A DNA stretch of 62,544 nucleotides, counting the filler, from Jimgerdemannia flammicorona (lineage: Eukaryota), in the NCBI GenBank assembly GCA_003990765.1. It is 3 parts of 3 records of this genome, joined end to end, with 100 filler letters (N's around TTAATTAATTAA, not from the genome) between each part and the next. Parts side by side here need not be neighbours in the genome. Positions count along the whole stretch, not along the records: positions 20,899 to 41,672 come from RBNJ01001590.1; positions 41,773 to 62,544 come from RBNJ01001591.1; 1 more part is not named here. One strand, given 5' to 3'. The position numbers were made by a program, and so were the translations under genes. Below are positions 39,076-51,784 of the stretch, piece after piece. Position 1 is the stretch's first letter, and each line of letters opens with the position of its first letter. Under the pieces are notes generated by a model. The model was not told the origin of the DNA and ran no database searches. It saw nothing but the letters and a program-made list of their open reading frames with translations.

Positions 39076-41672
39076 TGTGATGGTACAGCCAAATTTGGAA
39101 GAAGGAAATAGGGAATAGATACTTGATCACACCTAGTCCCAAAGTATTATAGCCTTATAGTTAGCAGTCCTTGATTTCGACATTGTCTAAATTTTGGACA
39201 TTATCCAAATCGAACACCCCAATTTAGTTTAGCATTTAGATATTGTCCAGATGTTTCGACAAAAGTCCAAATGACTCATTTATTACTTAAGCCACCCTCT
39301 CATAGCTAGCAAACTTGTATAAATAACCCAGTATCTTCGAGTGAATAAACCTCAGATTGAAATAGTTCAAAGCAAAGAGATAGCAAAAGAACTAGTAAGT
39401 CTGTAGGCAGATACACTTCGAACTCACCCACCCTTCCCTACAACTTCAAGAGACTCTGCGAGAGTCAGAACGGTCAAGTTTTCAAGATAAAGAAATCTGA
39501 CATACATACTTTCAAGAGTAAGCATCTGCTACGTTATAACTTGGTGCCCATTGGCTGGTGATTCAAGACGAATCCTTCACTTTCAAGCTGAACAATGAAC
39601 AACCACCACTATCTGAACAACCATACAAACCGAGCCCCAATACCCAGACAAGATGGATATGAGACTGCCAGTATTCCATAGATATACCTCAGATGAATCA
39701 ATCATCACCTTCATTGATGATTTCAAGCAGTATGCTGCCATAAGGACTCTGATAGTAGCACAGCAAGTAGCCCTCATGCCCTTCAGTCTACGAGGCCCTG
39801 CCAGAGCAGCATTCACAGCTGCAACCCATACAGGAAATGATGCAGATGCCGTACTGACAGCACAGAAGACCTGGCTCCAAAATACATATTACACAGATGA
39901 GATCAAGCAAGCCCTGAAGGATCAGCTCAACACAATATGCCAAGGAATGAGTGAGGACCCAAACACATTCTATACCAGAATTTGATATCAGATAATCCTT
40001 GCAGATTATGCTACTGCTATCCAAGATCAAGTGGCTGAAGCAACCTTCATAAAAGGAGTCCATCCAGAAATAGCCATGGCTATCCGCTCATCACCAGTGA
40101 TTCTGGATCTGCCACAGAAGGTCACCTATGCTCAGCAATACTGGATAGCCAGACACCCACAAGACCACACAATGGAGAGAGTTACAGGAGTCAGAATTGA
40201 GGCACCCAAGGCAACCAGTGTAATCTCCACCACAATGATCAATTGAAACACACCTCAGCCAAAAGCTACCAAGCAGCAAAAGAACAGTGACCCTATGGAG
40301 GAACTCGCCAAAAGATTTCCTGAAATGACCGCCCACCTGGGAGACATGGTAAAGGAAATCTGAGGAAGAGATCGCTGCCCAGTTCAGAAGTTTGCTGCCA
40401 CCTCAGACAAGAAGAAAGGTACCTGCTACAGCTGCGGAGAAGAAGGCCACTACTCCTATGAATGTATGAGTGAAACCAAACACAAGGCTCAACTAAGCAA
40501 TGCTACACGAAACAAGGTGTAGGCCAATACAATCACCTTTGAAGAAATCAGAGAATCCAATGAAGAGGAATGGGAGGCCTATCCTGCTCAGACCACCAAG
40601 AAGGATGCTTACAAAGAACCCTACAAGAGACTGCCAGGAAGACCCAAGAAGAACCTAGTGGAAAAGTGGATAGAAACTGACACAGAAAGCCAAGGACCAA
40701 TTGGCACAGATGTTGATCTTCCCAATCATACAGCCAAGGATCATAGAAGTCAAGAATCTGGAGGAAACAAAAAGAGGAAAGAAAGGATTCGGATCCACAG
40801 GAAAAGGAGTATTCGCCAGCACCAAGATCACTGAACTTGAGCACAAGAAGGAGGAAAACACAAGCAAGTACAGTTACACTATTGGAGATGAATTCCCACT
40901 CAAGGAGGAACTCAAGAAAATACTCCACAAATTCAAGGATGTCCTTGCCACAGATTTCAAGGATATTAAGGGAAAGACCCCACACTACTATCACAAGATA
41001 GATACCAGAGACACCGAACCAATTTACCAGAAGGCAAGACCTGTCCCGCCAGCCTACCGAGAATGGCTCAGAGAAGAAATCAAGCAGATGGAAGAAGCCG
41101 GCATCATCAAAGAAGCCAGCAGCCCCTGGTCTTCACCAGTTGTACTAGTCCCGAAAAAAGGAAGCAAACCTGGAGAATTTGCCCCAAGGCTCTTTGTTGA
41201 CTACAGGAAGCTCAATGCAGTTACCAAGAAGGATCGCCAACTACTGCAGTGACATCCTTATAACACTGGGAGATGAAGCAGAGTACTACAGCACCTTGGA
41301 CTTATACTCAGGATTTCACCAAATCAGACTCACAGAGATGGCAAGTGAAAAGTCAGCCTTCATCACCCCAGATGGAACCTACATCTACCTACGAATGCCA
41401 TTCGGAATGTGCAATGCACCAGCAAGCTTTCAGCAAATGATGAACAAAATCTTCCACTATGACATGGAAAGGTAGATGATGGTCTATGTCGATGATGTAA
41501 TCATCTACAGCAAGACACCTGAGGAACATCTGCAGCACATACAGCAGATAATGGAGAGACTAAGACAATATGGCCTTTATATCAAACCCAAGAAGTGCAA
41601 GTTTGCAGAAATCGAGATCTCCTATCTTGGCCATATCATCAATCGAGATGGAACACACACGGACCCCCTCAA
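39076..41672 (+). mobile_element. Family B copy B2 with internal deletion, truncated by gap
   Basis: LTR 39076-39538; PBS from 39542; gag from 39653; CYSCGEEGHYSYEC; gag joined to the dUTPase C-terminus at ~40693; RT YVDD. Confidence 0.92.
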
Positions 41673-41772
41673 NNNNNNNNNNNNNNNNNNNNNNNNNNNN
41701 NNNNNNNNNNNNNNNNTTAATTAATTAANNNNNNNNNNNNNNNNNNNNNNNNNNNNNNNNNNNNNNNNNNNN
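41673..41772. other. Artificial contig linker / gap
   Basis: N44-TTAATTAATTAA-N44. Confidence 0.97.
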
Positions 41773-43311
41773 GGGTCCACCAATGCGATCCTCCTTCCCG
41801 ACTCATCCCACTCCTCCTCCAGGACATCAAGAAGCTCCTCCTCACCTCCGACACCTCCCGGTACCCCATACTGCGGCTGTACTTCGACGCTCATCTCAGC
41901 GTCCTCCACCACACCGCCCTGCCCTCCTTCCCCACGGACCTCTTGGGCCACCCTTTGATCCACTCTGGGCTCTCCAGCCCAGTCACTTTCCCTCGATCCT
42001 ACTCCACTTCCTCCCACTCCACCCCCCACTGCGCCTCCTCCCAATTTCTCCAGCAGCTCCTTCTGAATACGCCTCCCCTACATCTTCTCCCAAGTTCCTC
42101 GATCCATCCTGATCTTCTTCCCTTCTACAATTTCCACCACCGTCTTGGCCTCATACTCCTTCCAAGCCAACCGTCTCCTCTCGACAGCTCCCGTCAGATC
42201 CTCAAGAGCCTCCAGCAAATCCTCCTTTTCCTCCAGCATTCCTTTCACCCGAGAGACCCTGCACTCAACTGGTCCCCATTTCAGTGTCGCCGGCCAGTCC
42301 CTCGCCTTCCCCATGTTCTCCTGACCAAATAAGCGTACTCTTACATCAACGTCTCCAGTCCTAAGTTCCGTACCCTCCCAGACTTTGAACCCGATATCGA
42401 TGACATCCCCATACTCCTTGACCACCTCTACAATCAACTCCCTAGCCCTCTCCCGCGACACTGTAGGAAGATCCAGCACCGTCAACTGCACCACTCTTGG
42501 GTCCCAGCGCATGCACCTCGCCATAGGAACTACCACTCCACCCACTACTACCCCTTTCTCTATAGCCTCCAGCATCGACACCTCTTCTTCAAACCCAACC
42601 TCAATCCCTTCCTTCCCCTTCATGAACTTGACCGTAGTTGCCCCCTTCACCTCCTGCGCCACCAGCCCCAGAATCATTCTCGCAGTCACTGCCAAGCCTC
42701 GGAAATACAATGTGACCACGAATTCTGACCTCGACTTTTTGAGTAATGGTGCTGACACCATGCCTATCACTCCATCAGCCAGGTCCCCGGGCCTCGTGCC
42801 CTCCTTCTGTCCGGATCTGCCAACCACCGTCACATCTGGATTTTTTTCCAGATTCCCTGTCACAGCCCCATCAACAGTCACATCTCCAACCCCTACTCCC
42901 CCTCCCCCCATACTGATTGAGGCTCCCATGGGGGATCCTCCCTGCCCTCCTGCTGAACCCGGCATCGCCTTCCCCAGTCCCAACCAACCATCCAGCCCTG
43001 TGGCCATCTTCCCCATCCTGACCTTGTCAGCAAAGGTCGCCCTCCCCCCACCTCTCTGCCTCAGTCCACCTCTCCCTCCACCTCCAGCGCCACTGCCCAC
43101 CACAGACGGCCCTGGCATTCCCAACCCATCTCCTCGTTTCCTCCCAACCTGCTGCCAGTCGAAGGCACGGCTGCCCCCCTGGCCAACCTGCCCACCAGTT
43201 TGCTCATTGCTCACCATGTTGATAGTAGCTTTTCACCAAAAACTTCGCAGAAAGTATTGTCCAAATCTTGTGTCACCTGAATGTTACCAAAGGAAGTTGT
43301 CATCAAAACTT
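41773..43311 (-). mobile_element. 5' end of an L1/Tx1-like LINE: short 5'UTR and ORF1 (ATG 43217; open 379 aa, continuing past one TAG)
   Basis: Homologous to the ORF1 that precedes the APE ORF at 2724-5804; Gly/RGG-rich N-terminus; abuts a B-type LTR fragment. Confidence 0.75.
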
Positions 43312-43475
43312 TAACATCTGTAAAATCTCAACATTTGTGAATATTTTAACATTTGTTAAAGTTGAAATATGACTGCTATTTAGAAGGCTATACTATATTT
43401 GGGAATCAGATTCAGATACTGCAATCAAATATCTATTTTTCTGATTCATGTTACTAATTTGGATCAACCATTACA
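43312..43475 (-). repeat. 5' part of a B-related LTR, cut by the LINE
   Basis: Matches 25610-25719 (GGGAATCAGATTCAGATAC..TTACTAATTTGGATC..ACA terminus). Confidence 0.75.
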
Positions 43476-43869
43476 ATATATAAGCAGATATATTTGCCTA
43501 TATTTAGTTTATATAGAATCTATATATATTATAAAGTATAAATTGTAGTATTTTACTCCAAAATTTTATAGAATATTTACCTATAATTAAGATTATAAAA
43601 TATATACTTATACTATAAGTATATATAGTATAGAGTGAGATATTTTATACTAAATATTTTTATAAATAAATTTATCTATATATACTATAGGATAAAGGAT
43701 AAGAACTATATATATAAAACTATATAGTTATTAGTAATCTATATATTTATTTTTAATAAATATATAGTTAAAGATATTTATAAGAGTAAAAATCTACTAA
43801 AACAGTTTTATTACTAGATATATAGCTGATTAATATAAAGATAGTAAGAAAACAAAAATAAAATATACT

Positions 43870-44340
43870 GTGATATATAGTATGAAATAGAAATAAGAAT
43901 TAGGAGAATAGATATTTGATTATAGTATTTAAATCTGATTTCCTAATTTATTATAATATAGAAATTATATTTACTATAGATACTATATCTAAAATATTAA
44001 GAGTGAAACTCTTGTTACTTTTGCAAAATTTAGATAGGATTTTATATGAGATTCTACCTGAGATATAAATAGAAATTTCACATAAAAAGACTTATTACTT
44101 AACTACATATTTAGTAGCAGAATTAGTATACAAACTTATATAAATATCCCCAGTATCTAGAGTGAATAAACCTTAGATCAAACCAGTTCAATTCAAAAAA
44201 TCTTCTTTACATATGTGTATCCTTCTTCTCTATTTCAAAATCCTATCAACTTACTAAGTTCTATATCTACTATATTACAACTTAATATCTATTAGCTGGT
44301 GATTTAAGATGAATTCTTACTTTTAAGCTAAAAAACAAAC
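43870..44340 (+). repeat. Decayed B-related LTR plus PBS/leader; second copy of its first ~300 bp at ~45750-46060
   Basis: GAGTGAATAAACC.CAGAT motif as in B LTRs; 44280-44335 is a decayed form of the B/D leader; 43900-44190 matches 45770-46060. Confidence 0.6.
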
Positions 44341-44396
44341 AACTGCCAGACTACTGGACTGCTGTATAGACTATTATATTATATATAGTATTTGTC

Positions 44397-44430
<34 letters not shown>

Positions 44431-44439
44431 TAGTATTTG

Positions 44440-45500
44440 TCTATACCATCTGTTGTTAATTGCTTGTTCTGATTGTCAGTCTCATTTCTATAAACTATTA
44501 GTATTAAATGATAGATACTTTGTAAAAGACCATATTGTTGAGTTAATAGCTGGGTTACTTCTTAGTTTGAGAGATAACATTATAAGAATTAATTACCAAA
44601 ATATCAAACAAACCACTATACTGAATAGACTGCTGTATGGACTACCACTGCTATCTGATTTTTGAAGACATTATTTATCTGCACCATCTGCTATTAATTG
44701 CTTATTTTGGTTATTAGTTTCATTTTTGTGAACTATTAGTATTGAACAATAGACACTCTACAAAGAATCATATTGTTGAGTTAATAGTTAGGTCACTCTT
44801 TAGTTTGAGAGACAATATTATAAGAATTAATCATCAAAATATCAAACAAACTACCATATAAAGGACTGCTATGGAGAATTAAAAGATATTATATATGAAC
44901 TATTACCTAAGTAATTATTTAAAGAATACTGTCTATCATACAAATATAAATGAATTATCACTCAAGTTAATTATTTGAAGAATACTACCTGTTATAAACA
45001 AACTATCTATCCAATATATGAATGAACTGCTCTAAAAAATTAAAAGATATTATATATGAATCTTCTAAGACAGTATACAAATAGAATAGACTACTCTGGA
45101 GAACTGAAGATACCATTATCCCAACTTTGAAGATACCATCATCTGTCTGACTTTTGAAGATATAAATATTACCTATCTGCTCTATTGAAGATATTATATA
45201 CAAACTATTTGAGTAAAGAATGCTATCATATAACTTTTGATGATATATGAATACCTCATGATATATGAACACCTCCTAATATATGAATGGACTGTCATAG
45301 AGAATTAAAGATATTATATATATATAAACCACCTAAGTGAAAAATACTATTATCTGACTTTTGATAACATATGAATTCTACCTGATATACAAATACCTCA
45401 CAATATACAAATGCCTCCCAACATATAAACAAACTGCCCCAGAGAATTAAAAAGATATCATATACAAACTACCTAAGTGAAGAATACCACCTGACCTTTG
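44440..45500 (+). repeat. Degenerate direct repeats (~180-bp pair at 44440/44678; ~35-bp motif GAATTAAAAGATATTATATA about four times)
   Basis: Visible duplications within the sequence. Confidence 0.6.
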
Positions 45501-46053
45501 AAAATACTATTACTCATCAAATACTATATATCACCCAATTTTTGAAGACACTATCACCCAACTTTTATCTAAACCACTATCTGAATTAAGACTTTTGGGA
45601 CCTCAAAAAATATTCTGACAACCACTTGGATATAATATTATAAACAAGTCTATATAGGGGGAACAAATGTATAAATATTATAATATAAGAATTTGAATAA
45701 ATATTTTTGTATCAAAAATAATCTATTCAGAGAGAAGATATGATATATAGTATAAAATAGAAACAAGAATCAGAGGAATAGACATTTGATCATAGTACCT
45801 AAATCTGATTTTCTAATTTATTATAGTGTAGAAATTACCTTTACTATAGATATTATATCTAAAACATTATCAGTAAAACTCTTGTTACTTTCACAAAATT
45901 TAGATAGGATTTCATATAAGATTCTACCTAAGATATAGATAGGAATTTCATATAAAAAGACTTATTACTTAGCTATATATTTAGTAGCAGAATTAGTATA
46001 CAAATTTATATAAATATTCTTAGTATCAAGAGTGAATAAATTTCAGATCAAAC

Positions 46054-48552
46054 CAGTTCAGCAGATTTTTATTGAAAAAGAACCTAGACTATATAGGCCA
46101 AAACTCTCCTCCACCTCCTCTCTCAAACACTGTACTCTCATTAATCTAAGCTTACTATTATCTAGTAGCTCTACCATATCAAGTACAGTAGAGCTATATA
46201 GCCTATATCTCATTCTATATACTATATTCTCTCTACTATCAGGGAGAAAATAACTATATATTAATAACTGAAAGTATATATCCAAAACCCCAACATATAT
46301 ACAAAACTATATCAGAGCTAAATAATAAAGCCCTCACCACTCTAAATAGAGTAATAGATAAAGAAAAAAACTCTCTAAAAGATATAGAACAGTGAGTAGA
46401 ATCTAGTTCTCTCTGATATAGTAAGTGAAGAACTTAAACATGAGATAAGAGGAGACCCCTAATACTTCACTACTCAAGCTTATGGATCTTAATTATATAA
46501 CTATATCAGCTCTCAGTTTTAGTTAAGTATAAACTAAATACCTAACTCAGATAGTTTTAGACCTCTCAATAACTCTAAATGACTGAAGTCTAACTCTATA
46601 TATTATTAAAAGCTACTGAAAATGATACCTACTATCTAACTATCTCATATTAATTAGAAGATCCCACTAATATAATATCTGCTCTAGCTTTAATAATTGT
46701 CATCAGTCTGACACTCAACTGGTTTATTATAATTATTCTTCTATCTATCTGTAATGGTCATCTTCTCTCCTATTTTAATACTATCTAAAAAGTAGTTACT
46801 TATATCAGAACTGTACTTACTAAGAAACTTACTAAAGTTCAGAAGACCTCACTATAGGTACTGAGGACCTGCAGATAACTTATACTAATACTTAATATCT
46901 AAGGTCAGCTGACTCTCAATATAGCTTATAATATATTAAAATGATATCTTATTAATAATAATAAAAGAAAAAAAGTACTATACTAAAATAAGTATATTTC
47001 ATATATAGTAAGAGATATCAGAAACTATAAAAAAGTGAAAAAAAAAAACACTAATTTAACACTAATAAAGAGGTAACTCATCATCATTGCCTCTCTTTTA
47101 CTATTTTGCAATAGGTATAATAAATCAATCTAAGGTAGAGAATAAATAAGTTGTAAAAAAGAAACTTAAAAGATTACTTACTAAAATCTTATAACTAATA
47201 TAATAGTAGAGAAAGAAATATATAAAGATAGTCTCAGTCTCAATTCTTTATATTAATTATATTTTTTACATTAGCTCTATATTTCATACTACTATATATA
47301 TTATTATCAATAATCTTATATATTTGTTCCTACTATCTAATATATTTACTCTACTTTATATAATATCATTTATTACTAATAATATATTTTCAGCAACTCT
47401 TTCTCCACTACCTTGCTGATCACAAGGTTTGGTAGATAACCTTCTGAGTCACTTTTTATAACTAATATCTTCTCTATCTTAGATTGATTTGCTATACCTA
47501 TTGTAGGACAGTAAGAGAGAGGCAATGGTGATGATTTACTCCTTTATTGATATCTGATTAGTATCTTCTCTACTTTTTTACAGTTTCTGGTACCTTCAGT
47601 TGCATCTAAGATATACTTGTTTTGATATGGTACTTTCTTCCTTTTATTATTATTAATGAGGTATTATCTAGAGTATTATAGGCTATATATAGAGTTGGCT
47701 AACCTTAGATATCAAGTATCAGTATAGATTACCTACAGATCTCTGGTATCTATGATAGAGCCCTCTGAGCTTTGACAAGCTTTCTGGTGAGCATGCTTTT
47801 AATATAGATGACTGCTTTTTAAATAGAGTTGGGGTGGAAGAGGAGATGGCTATCATAGTTAAGAAGAAGGGTAATTATAGTGGACCAGTAGAGTATTAGA
47901 CTGGGAGTAGTTGTCAGAGCTGGGGTGGGTATTGTATCAGTGGGGCCTTCTGATTGGTGTGGGGCAATTAGATAGTAGATGTCACTTTTGGCTTCTTTTA
48001 GTAATTTGGGGGTTAGGCCCCAGTCATTGGAGAGATCAGAGGACTTAAGGCTACTTATTTCAGATATCTTGACTATACTTAACTAGAACTAGAAGCTGAT
48101 ATAACAATGTGATCAAGGTCTACAGGCTTGAGTAGTAGAGTATTAGGGGTCTCCTCTTACCTCATATATAAGTCCTTTACTCATCTCATCTAGAAGAACT
48201 AGGCCCTACTCACTATATTATACTTTAATGGGGGTTTTTTTTTGTCTATCATTCTCCTTAGAGTGGTAGGGGCTATTCTATTTAGCTCAGATATAACCTT
48301 ATATATACATCAGAGTTTTAGATATGTATCTTTGGTCATGGGTATATGGTTGCCTCCCTCTAATAGTAAGGAGAGCATAGTATATAGAATGAGATATGAG
48401 TAACAATACTCTGCTATATCTGATATAGTTGAGCTGCTGGATAATAGCTAGCTTAGATTAATAGGGGTATAGTGCTCAGAGAGTAGTAAGAGAGGGTTTC
48501 AGCCTATATATATATGTAGTTTAGATTCTCTTTCAATAAAATCCATAGAACT
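46054..48552. repeat. Long imperfect inverted repeat, ~1.15-kb arms (46054-47216 / 47397-48552) with ~180-bp spacer
   Basis: For example TTTATTGAAAAAGAACCTAGACT vs AGTTTAGATTCTCTTTCAATAAA, GAGGAGACCCCTAATACT vs AGTATTAGGGGTCTCCTC, and CATTGCCTCTCT vs AGAGAGGCAATG. Confidence 0.85.
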
Positions 48553-49769
48553 TTGAGTCTATTAAAAAACAGTTTAAGTTTTTTACTTATTTTATATATA
48601 TTATAATACTATTGGTTAAATCTCTTATATTATTTAAAATAAATTATAGTTGTCTAGTAATACTGATTTATCATACTATTGATATATAAGATTTCATTAT
48701 CTATCTTATAGTTTATCATTTATCTTATATATAGTCTATTATCTATCTTATAGTCTATATTATCTATATATCTTATAGACTATTATTTATCTTATAGTCT
48801 ATTACCTATCTATCTATTCTATAGTCTGTCTTCTATTATAGTTTTGTAGCTGGTCTTTTATCTCTTATTATTCTATAGTATAGATTATATATATATGTGG
48901 AATTTCAGATAGAATTTTGAGTGATCTGAGTTATATATATCTCTTATATCATTGACAATTGGCAGGTAAATTTGTCTGCAAAATTTGTCTGCAAATTTTG
49001 CTATATAATTTATATGATACAATCAATCCTATTGGTCAGAATTTAGTAATATAAAAGATTCTCAGATAATAACTACTCTTTACTCTATTGAGAATAAGTA
49101 GTAAATAAGCTAGCTATTTATAGCAAGTAAGAGTAGCTAGTAGTTTAGTAGTGAATAATAAGTAGTAAGAGTAGTAAGCAGTAGTGATTAGAGAGTAGCA
49201 AACAACAGTCCAGCTATCTATTATTATCTATAGTCTAATATTATTTATCATCTTATAGTTTTGTAGTCTCTCATTACTAAATCTAGAATCTTAGCTAAAA
49301 TTAAGATATATAATAGTTTAAAGTAATTTTTATAGCTCTTTTAGAGTATCTTTCTGTAGTTCTACAGTTCTGTGGTCTCTTATCACTTATCTTTCTAAGG
49401 TTTCTCTTTCTGTAGTCTATCTTTATTATTTAGTTCATCATTATCTTACAGCTCTTCATCATCTGATCTATTGTCACCCTACAGCCCTTTGTCATCAGGG
49501 CCATTATCATCCTGCAGTATATATAGTCCATCAGCATTATATAGATGACAAAGAGCCTTTTGTTTAGAAGAGATGTAATTTTACAAATAAATATATAGAA
49601 AGAAGTATAAGATGTACTATCAATATATTTTATATAAAAGCTGTATCAATTGCTAGTCCTGTGAAATGAGTATAGTGTAAAGTTACTATGGCAAGAAAAA
49701 CAATATCCAAAGCTCACTATATAGATGTAAGTATGTGTAAGCATTGAAGTTATTATAGGCATATAATTA

Positions 49770-49940
49770 TTTCCTATGATCCTATGGACATTTTGTCAAT
49801 TTTCTCTGCAAATATTCATCCAAATTCAATGAAATGTATATTTCCAAAAAAAACCCTTAATCAGGTGAATCCAGCACACTTAGTTAAGTTGAATTTGGAT
49901 GAATATTTATACTGGTTGTAGTTTCTATTGACCAGTGCCC
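49770..49940. repeat. Short palindromic element related to the MITE core at 34238-34529
   Basis: AATATTCATCCAAATTCAA...TTGAATTTGGATGAATATT occurs in both. Confidence 0.65.
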
Positions 49941-50428
49941 ACATATGATAAAATCAGTCTTTAACTGTATTTGTGACTATTACCTGTATGTGGCAGAATA
50001 CCCCCTTCTACATGACGTCAATTTCAATTTGGATTCTTGAGAACTGTTCGCTTATATTTATTATATAAAATAAACCCATCTCATACTCATTTTAGACATT
50101 TGATTTACACATATTATTTTGAGATTAATAACTTGATACAGTTAATATAAAGAAAATATAATTAGTATAGATAAAATCATTATATATTGTAATGGTGACC
50201 CCAGAATGATGACATCAGCACAGAAGATGGCCTTTTCTTGCAAGCCACCAGATTGGAACACAAGAAGATCATACAGCATATGAGATGAGCAATGATAACC
50301 AACTTGAGTCATTGTGATCACAGTACAAGTATCCTGAAGAATATAAAAGAAGGATCAAGGAACTGCAGTAGCAGCAACCAATAAGAACCACTAATCCCAA
50401 AATAGCTCAAAGACTTACCACAAATGAA

Positions 50429-51250
50429 ATGCCTGCTGCTTGCCAAACCTCAAGGTCAAGGAACCACCAAGGTATCTCAGTCAAAGAAAGGATGTTCCAA
50501 GACATCAGAAGAGCCACGAGGACCCACTCAAGAAGGACTCCTAGTATCAACCTGAATACTGCAGACCTCTATCACTTTATCCTCTACCACCATGAAATAG
50601 AAACAAGGATCACCATTGCTACTGAATACCTCTAAATGTAGCAGAAGTATGAAATAGGAAACCTCCTCTGCTGGGAGTTCCCACAGGCCAGCACTCAAGA
50701 GCTACAAGATGCCACTCCTATAGATATATGTGAAATAAGGACAGCTAAGAAGATCCATTAGATCTTCAGACATGCACCATGGTTGATCCCCAACTTGGAG
50801 TATATTAGAGTCTCAGATTTCAGAGACCCATCATCCTGCCATATTAATGCACTAGAAGCCAGAGTGGCTACAGAAGCCCAGTCTACTATCACCCTCAATA
50901 GTGATGAAGTAGAAGACTTCTGGCACCCTATCCTTCAGGACAACCCAGACCAATTCCTACAAGAGTTGATCTCAGTATTCTAAGACCCAAGCATCCGGAT
51001 TAGATCTTCCCAAGACCCCACATTTGTCTCCTATTTTGTAGAAGAGAATCTCATAGACTGGAGAGCTCCAGATCTTATTCTCGATTTTTCTGCTGCCGAA
51101 CGTGATGACATCATTGACAATGATGTTGTCCTGTGCAATATTGAAGTATGCGAAATATGTGACCTATATGACAAATTTACAGATCTCATCTCCTTCAGTG
51201 ATGATGATGATGAGGATAAAGCCCCCATGGTCCTAAACTTTCTGCTCTAA
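50429..51250 (+). pseudogene. LTR-encoded accessory ORF, 273 codons, 5' LTR copy
   Basis: One frame from ATG to TAA, broken only by stops; TATAAAAG ~85 nt upstream. Confidence 0.8.
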
Positions 51251-51784
51251 GTTCTTTGTTATACTGGATAATGCCAGCATCAGTATTCTGATATGATACT
51301 GAATTATACCAGCATCCTGAACCTGTACAATCATCAGTACTGACCCTGGAACTTAGTAGTTTTAGTTATTGAAATTTATATTTAGCTTTATATCTTAGCA
51401 ATCATTAAATTATATTTTATATAAATACCCCTCTTATTTCCTCTGAAATAAAGTCAGTCTTCTCAGTACAATATACACACTTCCTTACAAGCAATCTAAG
51501 AGATAACAAGACAGTTAAAAATAAGAAGTTTGAGGACTATAAGATCTTGAAAAGGCACTCCAATAAGAACTTGCTTATAACAAACTTGAGTTAGTCTAAG
51601 AGATATATCTTGAAGAGAATCTGGCATATTTGAAGGACTCAGCGACCACTATGTGACAACTTGGTACCCATTGGCTGGTAATTCAAGATGAATCTCTCAC
51701 TTTCAAGCTAAAAAATGAATAACCCCCACAACAACTACCCTGACTACAAGAGTCACCCCTGCAATAATTCAAGATAAGATAGAA

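Noticed and set aside
42385..43314. 309-aa plus-strand Pro/Thr/Ser-rich ORF
   Set aside because: Antisense shadow of the G-rich LINE ORF1.
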